From Draconibacterium orientale (GTDB lineage Bacteria > Bacteroidota > Bacteroidia > Bacteroidales > FEN-979), in assembly GCA_020719165.1 (NCBI GenBank), contig DYQT01000001.1, positions 1 through 45,680 of the forward strand: a stretch of DNA of 45,680 nucleotides, given 5' to 3'. A model generated the notes under the pieces. The model ran no database searches, was not told the DNA's origin, and saw only the letters and a program-made list of their open reading frames with translations. Numbering within the stretch: the first letter of the stretch is position 1; the number at the start of each line of letters is the position of its first letter. Below, piece after piece: positions 8,978 through 18,155 of this stretch. The position numbers and the translations under genes were made by a program.

Positions 8978-10011
8978 TTTGAATTAAAATCAAATGGTTT
9001 AAATCTCTTCATCCACTGTGTTTTTCGTTCAAAAATGAACAGATCAAGGATCAGAAAAAACAGACCAAAGGCAACAAAGTATTGAAATCGATCTTCGTAA
9101 TCGCTGAATTGCTTTTCTTCAATTTCCGACTTCTCGATTTTGCTGATATCATCAAATATTTTGCTGAGACCTGTTTCGGTAGTAGTGGCTCTTACATACA
9201 TACCTTTGCCAACACTTGCAATTTGTTGCAAAAGTGTTTCATCCAGCTTGCTCATAATGGTTTGACCATCCTGATCTTTTCGGTAGCCGGTTTGAATGTC
9301 GCCGGTATAAACAGGTATAGGCGTGCCTTCAGGCAATCCCATACCGATGGTATAAATGGCAATACCCTTTTTAACCGCAGCATCAGCCTGCTCCAGCACA
9401 TTGCCTTCGTGATCCTCGCCATCAGTGATGATCACAATGGCCTTATTGTGTTTTGATTCACCAAAACCATTTACAGCAACTTCAATTGCTTCGCCGATAG
9501 CAGTTCCTTGTGTGGGAACGATGCCCGGATTGATGGTAGAAATAAACATTTTGGCAGCAGCATAATCGGTTGTTATGGGTAGTTGAGTATATGCTTTACC
9601 CGCAAAAACAATTATCCCCAGGCGGTCACCTTCCAGATTTTCTATCAAACGAATGATGGATTGCTTTGCCCTTTCCAAACGATTGGGTTTGATATCCTGA
9701 GCCAGCATGGAGTTGGAAACATCAAGGCATATCATCAAATCAATCCCTTTTCTTTTAACCTTCTCCAGGCGGGAGCCCGATTGCGGACCGGCCATCGCAA
9801 CGATCAGGCTGGCAAGGACTACCATGATAATAAAAAACTTCAGCACAGATTTCCCCAATGAATAATCCGGCATAAGTTGTTTGATTATATTCCAATCGCC
9901 GTATTTTGCAAGGGTCTTCTTTTTCCAAAGCAAGAATATAACGAGCAACGCTGCAAGCACGGGAATGACTGCAAGCAGGTAGAAATAGTCTATGTGGGCG
10001 AACCTGAACAA
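8974..10011 (-). CDS. batB: BatB-like von Willebrand factor A domain membrane protein
   Basis: The VWA MIDAS motif is LDVSNSM and there are N- and C-terminal transmembrane segments. The conserved N-terminus FRFAHIDYFYLL forces a TTG start codon at 10011..10009. The next in-frame Met is 46 codons downstream. Confidence 0.85.
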   Translation of the reverse strand: MFRFAHIDYFYLLAVIPVLAALLVIFLLWKKKTLAKYGDWNIIKQLMPDYSLGKSVLKFFIIMVVLASLIVAMAGPQSGSRLEKVKRKGIDLMICLDVSNSMLAQDIKPNRLERAKQSIIRLIENLEGDRLGIIVFAGKAYTQLPITTDYAAAKMFISTINPGIVPTQGTAIGEAIEVAVNGFGESKHNKAIVIITDGEDHEGNVLEQADAAVKKGIAIYTIGMGLPEGTPIPVYTGDIQTGYRKDQDGQTIMSKLDETLLQQIASVGKGMYVRATTTETGLSKIFDDISKIEKSEIEEKQFSDYEDRFQYFVAFGLFFLILDLFIFERKTQWMKRFKPFDFNSK

Positions 10012-10013
10012 TT

Positions 10014-10062
10014 GTTAAGTGTTAAGTGTTAAGTGTTAAGTGTTAAGTGTTAAGTGTTAAGG
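10014..10062. repeat. Heptanucleotide microsatellite (GTTAAGT) with 6 perfect units plus 1 imperfect unit
   Basis: Counted directly: perfect units start at 10014, 10021, 10028, 10035, 10042 and 10049, and the last unit (10056..10062) reads gttaagg. The array fills the whole batA-batB spacer and contains the batA stop codon. Confidence 0.95.
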
Positions 10063-11052
10063 TATGTTTTTTAAATACAGATATCTTAATAGCATTTCAA
10101 ATCCGATTAAAATAAAAGTCAGCAGTACCCATGGAAGAAATTCCTCCTTTTTTTTACGGAATTCAGTGACATCAATCTTCGATTTTTCCATTTTATCAAT
10201 TTCCTGATATATGGCGCGAAGTTTGGCGTTGTTTGTTGCACGGAAGTACTTTCCGTCGGTACCTCTGGCAATTTCCTGCAGGAGTGGTTCATCAATTTTC
10301 ACCTCCATCATCTGGGTCTGAATGCCAAAGGGTGTTTGCACCGGATATGGAGCCTGCCCCATGCTGCCGATACCAATGGTGTATATGCGAATTCCGTAAA
10401 GCTTTGCGATTTCGGCCGCTGACCGCGGATCAACAGAGCCCATGTTATTTACGCCATCGGTGAGGAGGATAATTACTTTACTAATGGCTTTGCTTCCTCT
10501 CAGGCGATTCACCGCAGTTGCCAATCCGTCGCCAAGGGCAGTCCCATCTTCAATCATACCACTGTGTATATCGCGAAACAGGTTTTTTAGCACCGCGTGA
10601 TCGGTAGTGAGCGGGCATTGAGTAAATGTTTCCCCGCTGAAAATAACCAATCCAATACGGTCGTTAGGGCGGCCATCAATGAACTCTATGGCAAGATCCT
10701 TTGCCGCTTCGAGCCGATCGGGTCGGAAATCCTGGGCAAGCATCGACCCGCTAACATCCAATGCAACAACTAAATCAATTCCTTCCACGCTCACATCCTG
10801 ACGGCTCAAACTTGTTTGTGGTCGTGCAAGGGCAATGATCAACAAGGCAATTGCGATGAGACGAAAAACATAAAGAGCATGATAGATATAATATTTCAGG
10901 TTCTTCCCCACCTGCGCAAAACCCTCGGCAGTGCTTATTTGCAAATCCGCGGTCTGCCTTCTCCTCCGGTAGAAGTACCACAATACCAGCAACGGAATTA
11001 TCAGGAGCAGATAAAGGTAACCAGGATTGCCGAAAGTGAATGGTTTAATCAT
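10057..11052 (-). CDS. batA: BatA-like von Willebrand factor A domain membrane protein
   Basis: The VWA MIDAS motif is LDVSGSM and there are N- and C-terminal transmembrane segments. Its ATGA overlaps the stop of the upstream gene. Confidence 0.85.
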   Translation of the reverse strand: MIKPFTFGNPGYLYLLLIIPLLVLWYFYRRRRQTADLQISTAEGFAQVGKNLKYYIYHALYVFRLIAIALLIIALARPQTSLSRQDVSVEGIDLVVALDVSGSMLAQDFRPDRLEAAKDLAIEFIDGRPNDRIGLVIFSGETFTQCPLTTDHAVLKNLFRDIHSGMIEDGTALGDGLATAVNRLRGSKAISKVIILLTDGVNNMGSVDPRSAAEIAKLYGIRIYTIGIGSMGQAPYPVQTPFGIQTQMMEVKIDEPLLQEIARGTDGKYFRATNNAKLRAIYQEIDKMEKSKIDVTEFRKKKEEFLPWVLLTFILIGFEMLLRYLYLKNIP

Positions 11053-11987
11053 TGTTGAACAGGTGTTGTTTCATGAACGAATTCTATTCCGTCAAGAAGG
11101 CTTTTTTCATTTTCGGTGGCCAATGGCGCTGCCTTGGCAAATTTCACCATGTCGGCTAAACTCAGAAGACTGTCCAACTTATTCAACGACGGCTGCGGAC
11201 ATTCCTTATGGTTTTTAAGCGCATTTGTAATTTCCCAACTTGTTTGCTCAAGGGCAGGTACTTGAAACCTGTCCTCAATGTACCTTCGTAAAATCTCAGT
11301 GAGCGTTGAGTGATACTCCTTTGTTTTTCCCGCCTGCCATAATTTTTTCACCCTCAGTTTTTCTATTTCCTGAAGTGCCAGCTCATGCGGTTTAATCACA
11401 ATCCTGGGTTTTAAAACAAAAACCGGCTCACGTTTCTTTCTTTTGTTCAAATACCAGATAATCGCCCCAATAATCAGCAATGCAGCAAGACCAGCCAATA
11501 TCCATGGCAACATTTCGCGAAATGAAATCGGAACTTTCAACGGACCAATTATAGGCTTGATCGCCTGTGTGGTATCCACCTTAACAGTGTGTACTGCCAA
11601 CAGCATCATGGTAGTACCGGTAATGGTTCCGGCAGTATCAGGCAATACCCTGTATTTGAAAGGGATAGAAGGAATCGTATAAAATCCCGAATCGTAGCAA
11701 GTGAGATTAAGTTGCTGAGAATAGGTAACCGATTGCTTGTCGGCACCATACAAAGTATCGATTTTACCCCGGCCAATTACGGTTATCGACCCGAGAATGG
11801 TATCTGGTATAAAAGGCCAGATCACCTGCGATTTGGCCGGACCCGTGTATTTCAGCGTGAGTCCTACATGATCGCCAATAAGCATGGCATTGGTGTCAAG
11901 TTTTGCCAATACAGATATGTCCTGTGCAAAGCTACCGGGCGTAGCCGACAATAAAAATAACAATATATATGTTTGTAAAAATCTCAT
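11049..11987 (-). CDS. Bat-operon membrane protein, probably DUF4381-like
   Basis: It has a signal peptide, one central transmembrane segment (WILAGLAALLIIGAIIWYL) followed by KRKKRE, and sits between the DUF58 gene and batA as in Bacteroides bat loci. The family name is from memory, not from a search. Confidence 0.6.
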   Translation of the reverse strand: MRFLQTYILLFLLSATPGSFAQDISVLAKLDTNAMLIGDHVGLTLKYTGPAKSQVIWPFIPDTILGSITVIGRGKIDTLYGADKQSVTYSQQLNLTCYDSGFYTIPSIPFKYRVLPDTAGTITGTTMMLLAVHTVKVDTTQAIKPIIGPLKVPISFREMLPWILAGLAALLIIGAIIWYLNKRKKREPVFVLKPRIVIKPHELALQEIEKLRVKKLWQAGKTKEYHSTLTEILRRYIEDRFQVPALEQTSWEITNALKNHKECPQPSLNKLDSLLSLADMVKFAKAAPLATENEKSLLDGIEFVHETTPVQQ

Positions 11988-11997
11988 TATTTTTCAA

Positions 11998-12873
11998 TTA
12001 TCTTCGTGCACCTCTTTTTCTGAACAAGGCCAATAGCGGTTTGATATAGTCCTGGTCTGTTGCAATTGTAGCCACATCCACCCCGCTGCGCAAAAATGTC
12101 TCGGATAAGTAAGCATTATGTGATTTGAACCAGTTATTATATTGCCGGCGCACCTTGCTGTCGGATGAGTCAACCCATATTTGCTTGCTGGTCTCTGCAT
12201 CCCGGGCACGGATGAGTCCGATATCAGGCAGTTCAATTTCACGCTCATCAAAAATTCTTACCCCAATCAGATCGTGTTTCTTATTTGCAATTTTGATTGC
12301 ATCTTCAAAGCCTCTGTTTAAAAAATCACTAAGCAAAAAGGCGGTGCACCGCTTTTTAATCGCATTGGTCAGGAAACGCAATGGCTCAGTTAGATTAGTT
12401 TCCTGCTGCCGGGGCCTGAACTCAATTAACTCGCGAATAATCCTGAGAATATGCGAACTCCCTTTTTTGGGCGGAATAAACTTCTCTACAGTTTTACTGA
12501 AAAAGATCACCCCTACTTTGTCGTTATTCTGAATTGCACTGAAAGCCAGAACTGCTGCAATTTCAGTGATTATATCCTGCTTGAAAGCTTTCCTGGTGCC
12601 AAACTGGTTAGAGGCGCTCACATCGATCAGCAGCATAACGGTTAGTTCTCGTTCCTCATCAAATACCTTGATGAATGGATGGTTGAACCGCGCCGTAACA
12701 TTCCAGTCAATATTGCGGATATCATCACCGGGCTGATATTCACGCACTTCTGAAAAAGCCATTCCGCGCCCTTTGAACACAGAATGATATTGACCCGAAA
12801 ATATCTGATTGCTCAAACCCCGGGTCTTTATTTCAATTTTTCGAACCTTTTTGAAAAGCTCAGCCGACTCCAT
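11998..12873 (-). CDS. DUF58 family protein (VWA-like partner of the MoxR ATPase)
   Basis: A 291-aa ORF immediately downstream of the MoxR ATPase. The pattern EYQPGDDIRNIDWNVTAR...LLIDVSAS is typical of DUF58. Confidence 0.8.
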   Translation of the reverse strand: MESAELFKKVRKIEIKTRGLSNQIFSGQYHSVFKGRGMAFSEVREYQPGDDIRNIDWNVTARFNHPFIKVFDEERELTVMLLIDVSASNQFGTRKAFKQDIITEIAAVLAFSAIQNNDKVGVIFFSKTVEKFIPPKKGSSHILRIIRELIEFRPRQQETNLTEPLRFLTNAIKKRCTAFLLSDFLNRGFEDAIKIANKKHDLIGVRIFDEREIELPDIGLIRARDAETSKQIWVDSSDSKVRRQYNNWFKSHNAYLSETFLRSGVDVATIATDQDYIKPLLALFRKRGARR

Positions 12874-12922
12874 ATTAACTTAAATAGCGAAATGGTGAAA
12901 TTGCAGAATAGCAAAAAACTGA

Positions 12923-13915
12923 TTAAGGAACCTCTACTGTATTCAGAATCTCACTGATAATGTCTTCGGAGGTGATGTTTTCGGCCTCAGCTTCATAAGT
13001 AAGCCCGATGCGGTGGCGGAGCACATCATAAGCAACTGCACGGATATCCTCAGGGATCACATAACCACGCCGTTTGATGAAAGCATAGGCTTTGGCTGCA
13101 AGGGCCAGATATATGCTTGCACGGGGTGAACCACCATAGTTGATCAGGCCTTCAAATTTCTTCAACTTATATTCGGCCGGAAAACGGCTGGCAAAAACGA
13201 TATCGGTAATGTAGTTTTCAATTTTCTCGTCCAGATAAACTTCACGGGTAACAGCACGTGCGCGCATAATGTCAGAAGTTGTGATGATCGGACTGGTGTG
13301 AAAGGTTTCATTGCCGATGTTCTGTCGGATGATCATCTTCTCTTCCTTTTTATCCGGGTAACCAATAACTACTTTGAGCATAAAACGGTCAACCTGGGCT
13401 TCGGGCAAAGGATATGTACCCTCCTGTTCAATGGGATTTTCAGTTGCAAGCACCAGAAATGGCTCGGGAAGAAAAAATGTTTCATCCCCGATTGTTACCT
13501 GACGCTCCTGCATGGCCTCAAGCAATGCACTTTGAACCTTGGCAGGGCTTCGGTTTATCTCATCCGCCAAAATAAAATTGGCAAAAATAGGCCCCTTCCT
13601 AACCTTGAATTCCTCATTCTTTTGACTATATATCAGCGTGCCAAGTAAGTCGGCAGGAAGCAAATCAGGCGTAAACTGAATGCGGCTGAATTTGGCTTCA
13701 ATACAGTTTGCCAATGATTTAATCGCCAAAGTTTTAGCCAGTCCGGGAACTCCTTCCAGCAGGATGTGACCATTTGCAAGCAGCCCGATCATCAAGCGCT
13801 CAATCATTTGCTTCTGGCCAATTATTACTTTGTGCATCTCCATTGTCACCATGTCCACAAACGCGCTCTCCTTTTGGATCCGTTCGTTCAGTTCTTTGAT
13901 GTCGGTTTCAACCAT
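12923..13915 (-). CDS. MoxR-family AAA+ ATPase
   Basis: Walker A is GVPGLAKT and Walker B is ILADEINR. The ORF-track start at 13939 is a TTG lying inside the candidate -7 box, so I prefer the ATG at 13915 (MVETDIKELNERI). Confidence 0.9.
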   Translation of the reverse strand: MVETDIKELNERIQKESAFVDMVTMEMHKVIIGQKQMIERLMIGLLANGHILLEGVPGLAKTLAIKSLANCIEAKFSRIQFTPDLLPADLLGTLIYSQKNEEFKVRKGPIFANFILADEINRSPAKVQSALLEAMQERQVTIGDETFFLPEPFLVLATENPIEQEGTYPLPEAQVDRFMLKVVIGYPDKKEEKMIIRQNIGNETFHTSPIITTSDIMRARAVTREVYLDEKIENYITDIVFASRFPAEYKLKKFEGLINYGGSPRASIYLALAAKAYAFIKRRGYVIPEDIRAVAYDVLRHRIGLTYEAEAENITSEDIISEILNTVEVP

Positions 13916-13936
13916 GTCATGAAATTTTTGAGACTG

Positions 13937-13944
13937 CAAATTTA
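13937..13944 (-). promoter_or_regulatory. Candidate -7 promoter box (TAnnTTTG) for the bat operon
   Basis: The minus strand reads taaatttg, 22 nt upstream of the ATG at 13915. Confidence 0.4.
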
Positions 13945-14033
13945 TGAAATGAAAAAATTACAATACTACCAATGATGTTAATATTTGTTAACCATTTCGT
14001 TAAAAAAATGTTAAAGGATTTCGCACTGATCTT

Positions 14034-14507
14034 TCACTCATGATGATAAGATTCGCCGCGCATGATGGTAAGACCACGATAAAGTTGTTCAACAAAAAAA
14101 AGTCTGACCATCTGATGAGAGAACGTCATTTTCGACAGGGATAGTATGAAGGATGCCTGCTTTTTCAGTGAAAGGTCAAATCCGAATGGGCCACCCACCA
14201 CAAAAACCAGATTTTTATTTCCAGTCAGAAATTGTTTGTTCAGAAACGAAGCAAACTCCGGCGACCTCATCTCTTTCCCAAACTCATCAAGCAAAACAAC
14301 AATATCACCAGTTAAAAACTGCCTCTGCAACATCACCGATTCACGCGCAATTTGCTCCTGAAGAGGCAAATTGGCTGCATTTTTCAATGCCGGGATTTCA
14401 ATGATTTCAAAAGGAATATACCTCTTTATCCGCATTTCATACTCTCTCATGCCTGTTTTCAGATATTCTTCCTCCGTTTTACCGACAGTGAGTAGCTTGA
14501 CTTTCAT
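14034..14507 (-). CDS. rlmH: 23S rRNA (pseudouridine1915-N3)-methyltransferase
   Basis: A SPOUT-type pattern of ~157 aa starting MKVKLLTVGKT and ending ESYHH. The start is trimmed to the ATG at 14507. Confidence 0.85.
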   Translation of the reverse strand: MKVKLLTVGKTEEEYLKTGMREYEMRIKRYIPFEIIEIPALKNAANLPLQEQIARESVMLQRQFLTGDIVVLLDEFGKEMRSPEFASFLNKQFLTGNKNLVFVVGGPFGFDLSLKKQASFILSLSKMTFSHQMVRLFFVEQLYRGLTIMRGESYHHE

Positions 14508-14546
14508 AATTCTCTTGTAAAAATGCAAATATCAATGGATTTTTTG

Positions 14547-14554
14547 TATGTTTG
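14547..14554 (+). promoter_or_regulatory. Candidate -7 promoter box (TAnnTTTG)
   Basis: tatgtttg overlaps the ORF-track start at 14548 and lies 33 nt upstream of the ATG at 14587. Confidence 0.35.
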
Positions 14555-14586
14555 TCATACTCTTTTCACTAACATCGTTACAGGAT

Positions 14587-14994
14587 ATGAAAAAAATATA
14601 TTTCAAACTCATTGCACTCATTTTACCAGCACTGTGCCTTATGGGATTCACTTCCTATTCTGGCCCTGAGGAAACTGCGGCTCAAATAAATACGGCCATG
14701 CAGGCGGGTAATGCCACAGAAGTGGCGAAATATTTCAATGCAATGGTTGACCTCACACTGCCTTCATACGATGATACGTACAGTAAAACGCAGGCCGGTC
14801 AGATCCTGAAAGATTTTTTTTCCCAAAATCCAGTGAAGAGTTTCAAAGTCACCCGACAGGGCTCCTCCCCCGACGGCTCCCAATTTACCATCGGAAGCCT
14901 GGAAACAGGAAAAAAAGTTTACCGGGTCTATTTCATTCTTAAATCTGTAAACGGTCAATATCTTATTCAGCAATTACAAGTGCAGGAAAATTGA
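14587..14994 (+). CDS. Small secreted protein, probably DUF4783 family
   Basis: The signal peptide MKKIYFKLIALILPALCL begins at the ATG at 14587. The position between rlmH and nadC is a common Bacteroidota arrangement. The family name is recalled, not searched. Confidence 0.6.
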   Translation: MKKIYFKLIALILPALCLMGFTSYSGPEETAAQINTAMQAGNATEVAKYFNAMVDLTLPSYDDTYSKTQAGQILKDFFSQNPVKSFKVTRQGSSPDGSQFTIGSLETGKKVYRVYFILKSVNGQYLIQQLQVQEN

Positions 14995-14997
14995 TTT

Positions 14998-15852
14998 ATG
15001 ACAATTGACGACATCATTTCCAATGCCATTACCGAAGATATTGGGGATGGAGATCACACAACTCTGGCAACACTTCCGTCGGGAGCCAGCGGTAAAGCAA
15101 AGCTTTTAGTTAAAGAAAAGGGAATTTTGTGTGGCGTTGATCTTGCACGAAAAATTTTCAAAACTGTTGATCCGGATTTGCAGATAAACATCCTGATAAC
15201 TGATGGCACCGCCATTAACATCGGAGATATTGCCTTTGAAGTGACCGGAAACAGGGCATCGATCCTTAAATCAGAAAGGCTGGTTTTAAATTTCATGCAG
15301 CGGCTAAGTGGTATCGCAACTGCCACGAACCGTGCTGTTAAAAAACTTGAGGGTCTTAACACAAAAATTTTAGACACCCGAAAAACCACTCCCCTCCTCA
15401 GAGAACTGGAAAAATATGCCGTAAGAACCGGTGGCGGCGAGAACCATCGGATGGGACTCTATGACATGGTTATGATTAAAGACAATCATGTGGATTACGC
15501 GGGCGGAATTGAGAATGCAATCAATGCCGTGCAAAATTATTTTACAAAAACCGGAAAAAAACTGAAAACAGAGATTGAGGTTCGCAATTTTAAAGAATTG
15601 CAACAGGTTTTAAATTGCGGAAAAGTTGACAGGATCATGCTTGATAACTTTTCAGTAAAGGATCTGGATAAAGCTGTTCATCTTATTAACGGTCGCTTCG
15701 AAACTGAGGCCAGTGGTGGAATTACAGAAGAAACACTTCGCAAGTTCGCTGAAACAGGAGTGGACTATATTTCGATGGGGGCGCTTACCCACCAAATTAA
15801 AAGCCTCGACCTGAGCCTGAAAGCCATAAATACATCACACATTGAAATGTAA
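14998..15852 (+). CDS. nadC: Nicotinate-nucleotide pyrophosphorylase (carboxylating), also called quinolinate phosphoribosyltransferase
   Basis: A 284-aa ORF with NadC-type patterns: ITEDIGDGDHTT, LDTRKTTP, GGGENHRMGLYDMVMIKDNH and EASGGI. Confidence 0.9.
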   Translation: MTIDDIISNAITEDIGDGDHTTLATLPSGASGKAKLLVKEKGILCGVDLARKIFKTVDPDLQINILITDGTAINIGDIAFEVTGNRASILKSERLVLNFMQRLSGIATATNRAVKKLEGLNTKILDTRKTTPLLRELEKYAVRTGGGENHRMGLYDMVMIKDNHVDYAGGIENAINAVQNYFTKTGKKLKTEIEVRNFKELQQVLNCGKVDRIMLDNFSVKDLDKAVHLINGRFETEASGGITEETLRKFAETGVDYISMGALTHQIKSLDLSLKAINTSHIEM

Positions 15853-15854
15853 TA

Positions 15855-16781
15855 ATGCCTCCTTATAAACAACTTTCAAACTGGTTTTTATCACTCATTC
15901 CTGTTGTTTGGATCCTCAACACCTCCAAACGAATCGTTTTGCCTGGTTTTAATGGCGTTCCAATTTACGATGTGGCCGTTTTTTTTATCCGTGGTCTCAC
16001 CGAAGGATACATCACCTCACGGGCAGCGGCAATCTCTTACTCTGTTTTTCTGGCCATCTTCCCGTTTTTAATATTTCTGTTTAGCATTATTCCATTCATC
16101 CCAATCGATAATTTCCAGCAGCAGCTTCTACGAATTATTCAGGACTTCATGCCCAAAATGGCCTATGAATCTGTGAAGGAAACAATCGTTGACATTATTA
16201 CACGGCCCAGAAGCAGCTTATTGATCCTGAATCTGATACTAACATTATATTTCTCAACCAATGGCGTTAACAGCCTGATCGAAGCCTTCAACAACACCTA
16301 CCATGACCACGAAAGCCGTAAAAGCTATATACAATACCTCGTTTCGGTTTCTATTGTGCTTTTAAACAGTATCCTGCTGATTATCGCCATTGGATTAATG
16401 ACCTTTGGCTCTGCACTGCTTACCTGGATTCTTCCCGACATTATTGAAGACAGCGCTATCATTTTAATTCTTCTGGAGACGCTGAGATGGATGATAATAC
16501 TTGGTCTTCTGCTGATGGCAATTTCGCTCATCTATTACCTTGCGCCTGCCAGGCATAAAAATTTTCACTTCTTTTCTGCCGGATCTCTACTGGCCACCTT
16601 CCTGATCGTAATCACCACACTCGGGTTTAATTTTTGGGTCGACAATTTCTCCAGTTACAATGCCCTTTACGGATCGCTGGGAACATTAATGATCGTGCTG
16701 GTGTGGATATATATCAATGCGATCAGCCTGATTGTTGGATTTGAACTCAATGCCAGCATCAGGATTGCTAAAAAGCTTTAA
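15855..16781 (+). CDS. YihY/BrkB (ribonuclease BN-like) family membrane protein
   Basis: A 308-aa polytopic membrane protein. The RAAAISYSVFLAIFPFLIF motif is typical of YihY. Confidence 0.8.
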   Translation: MPPYKQLSNWFLSLIPVVWILNTSKRIVLPGFNGVPIYDVAVFFIRGLTEGYITSRAAAISYSVFLAIFPFLIFLFSIIPFIPIDNFQQQLLRIIQDFMPKMAYESVKETIVDIITRPRSSLLILNLILTLYFSTNGVNSLIEAFNNTYHDHESRKSYIQYLVSVSIVLLNSILLIIAIGLMTFGSALLTWILPDIIEDSAIILILLETLRWMIILGLLLMAISLIYYLAPARHKNFHFFSAGSLLATFLIVITTLGFNFWVDNFSSYNALYGSLGTLMIVLVWIYINAISLIVGFELNASIRIAKKL

Positions 16782-16826
16782 CAGCCATCTATATCATCAT
16801 ATCAACAACCGATCAGTTCCACCAAA

Positions 16827-18155
16827 ATGAAAACCAAGTTCGAATACATTATTAACCTTTTTAATAACACCTATACCTTTGGGGCTGTCTCTCCCGACAT
16901 AACTTACGGCGAGGCCCCCCACGGTCGAATTCATATTAATCAAGGATCAACCCGGTGTTTTGAATACAATCAACCTGTTGACATTGAAACACTAAACGTA
17001 ATCTGGAAGCCCTGGTTGGGTGAAAACATCCCATTTTTCTTCGATTCCGACAACACCGAATTGTTCACCGAAGAAGAGGGAAACTGGACCATCCGTTTTG
17101 ATATTGTCGCCTCTTCCTTTTTTCTGCTGAGTGGCTGGCAGGAATATTTTTCTGACAACCGCGACAAATATGGACGTTTTCAGTATTCAGAAAGCGTTCA
17201 GCATCGCTTCGATTTCACCAGACTTCCGCTGGTAAACTACTATTTCGACATTCTCCGCACCGTTGTTGAAAAAGCATATGCCTGCAATATCACACCAATT
17301 TTACAAACCACCCAAAATGCGTTTAATGTTTGTTTGACCCACGACATCGACACCTGCGAAACAGCATGGCTGGAAGGAAGTTATTCAGCGATTAAAAAAA
17401 TGAATTTTCTTACCCCGGTGAATCTTGTGGCAAAAAAACTTTTTAAAACGGATGCCTGGTTCAATTTTTCAGAAATTTTATCTCTTGAAAAGTCATTTGG
17501 AGCCACCTCCACATTTTTTTTCATTCCAACCAACCAACCATCAGGAGGGATAAAAAACGCCGATTATAACCTGAAAGACCCAAAATTTAATGCGGTTTTC
17601 AAAATGATCACGGATCATGGTTGTGAGAGTGGATTACATGGCAGCGCAGGAAGCTCAACAATGGCCGACAGACTGAAAAGTGAATCCAAATCCTTTCCTG
17701 AACCCGTTACAAGCAACCGGTTCCACTTTTTATTATATGATCCGAAAATCACACCAAAAATATTGGAACATGCAGGATTCAATATTGATAGCTCATTAGG
17801 CTTTGCTGAGCACTTCGGGTTTCGCAATTCATTCTGCCTGCCTTTTCAACCTTTTAACATTCCCGAAAATCGTTCAGTCTCTTTTTACGAGATACCTTTA
17901 TCAATAATGGACGGCACATTTTCCCAGTATTTACATCTTTCACCCGACCAATCTTTCGACGAAATACTAAGCCTTATCCTGGAAGTAAAAAAATTCGGAG
18001 GGGTACTAACCGTTTTATGGCATAACACCCACTTTTCACCGCATAAGTATCCCGGATGGAAAGAGCTCTACATCAAACTCCTCAGCTATTGCCATCAGGA
18101 GCATGCTTCGATGCAAAGTTGTTCTCAGATTTTAAACAGACTTCAACATGGATGA
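16827..18155 (+). CDS. Polysaccharide deacetylase-like (NodB/CE4 superfamily) protein with an N-terminal extra domain
   Basis: It has a CLTHDIDT acidic motif, GLHGS, and RFHFL...GFNIDSSLGF, resembling deacetylase-fold proteins. The call is by eye only. Confidence 0.5.
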   Translation: MKTKFEYIINLFNNTYTFGAVSPDITYGEAPHGRIHINQGSTRCFEYNQPVDIETLNVIWKPWLGENIPFFFDSDNTELFTEEEGNWTIRFDIVASSFFLLSGWQEYFSDNRDKYGRFQYSESVQHRFDFTRLPLVNYYFDILRTVVEKAYACNITPILQTTQNAFNVCLTHDIDTCETAWLEGSYSAIKKMNFLTPVNLVAKKLFKTDAWFNFSEILSLEKSFGATSTFFFIPTNQPSGGIKNADYNLKDPKFNAVFKMITDHGCESGLHGSAGSSTMADRLKSESKSFPEPVTSNRFHFLLYDPKITPKILEHAGFNIDSSLGFAEHFGFRNSFCLPFQPFNIPENRSVSFYEIPLSIMDGTFSQYLHLSPDQSFDEILSLILEVKKFGGVLTVLWHNTHFSPHKYPGWKELYIKLLSYCHQEHASMQSCSQILNRLQHG

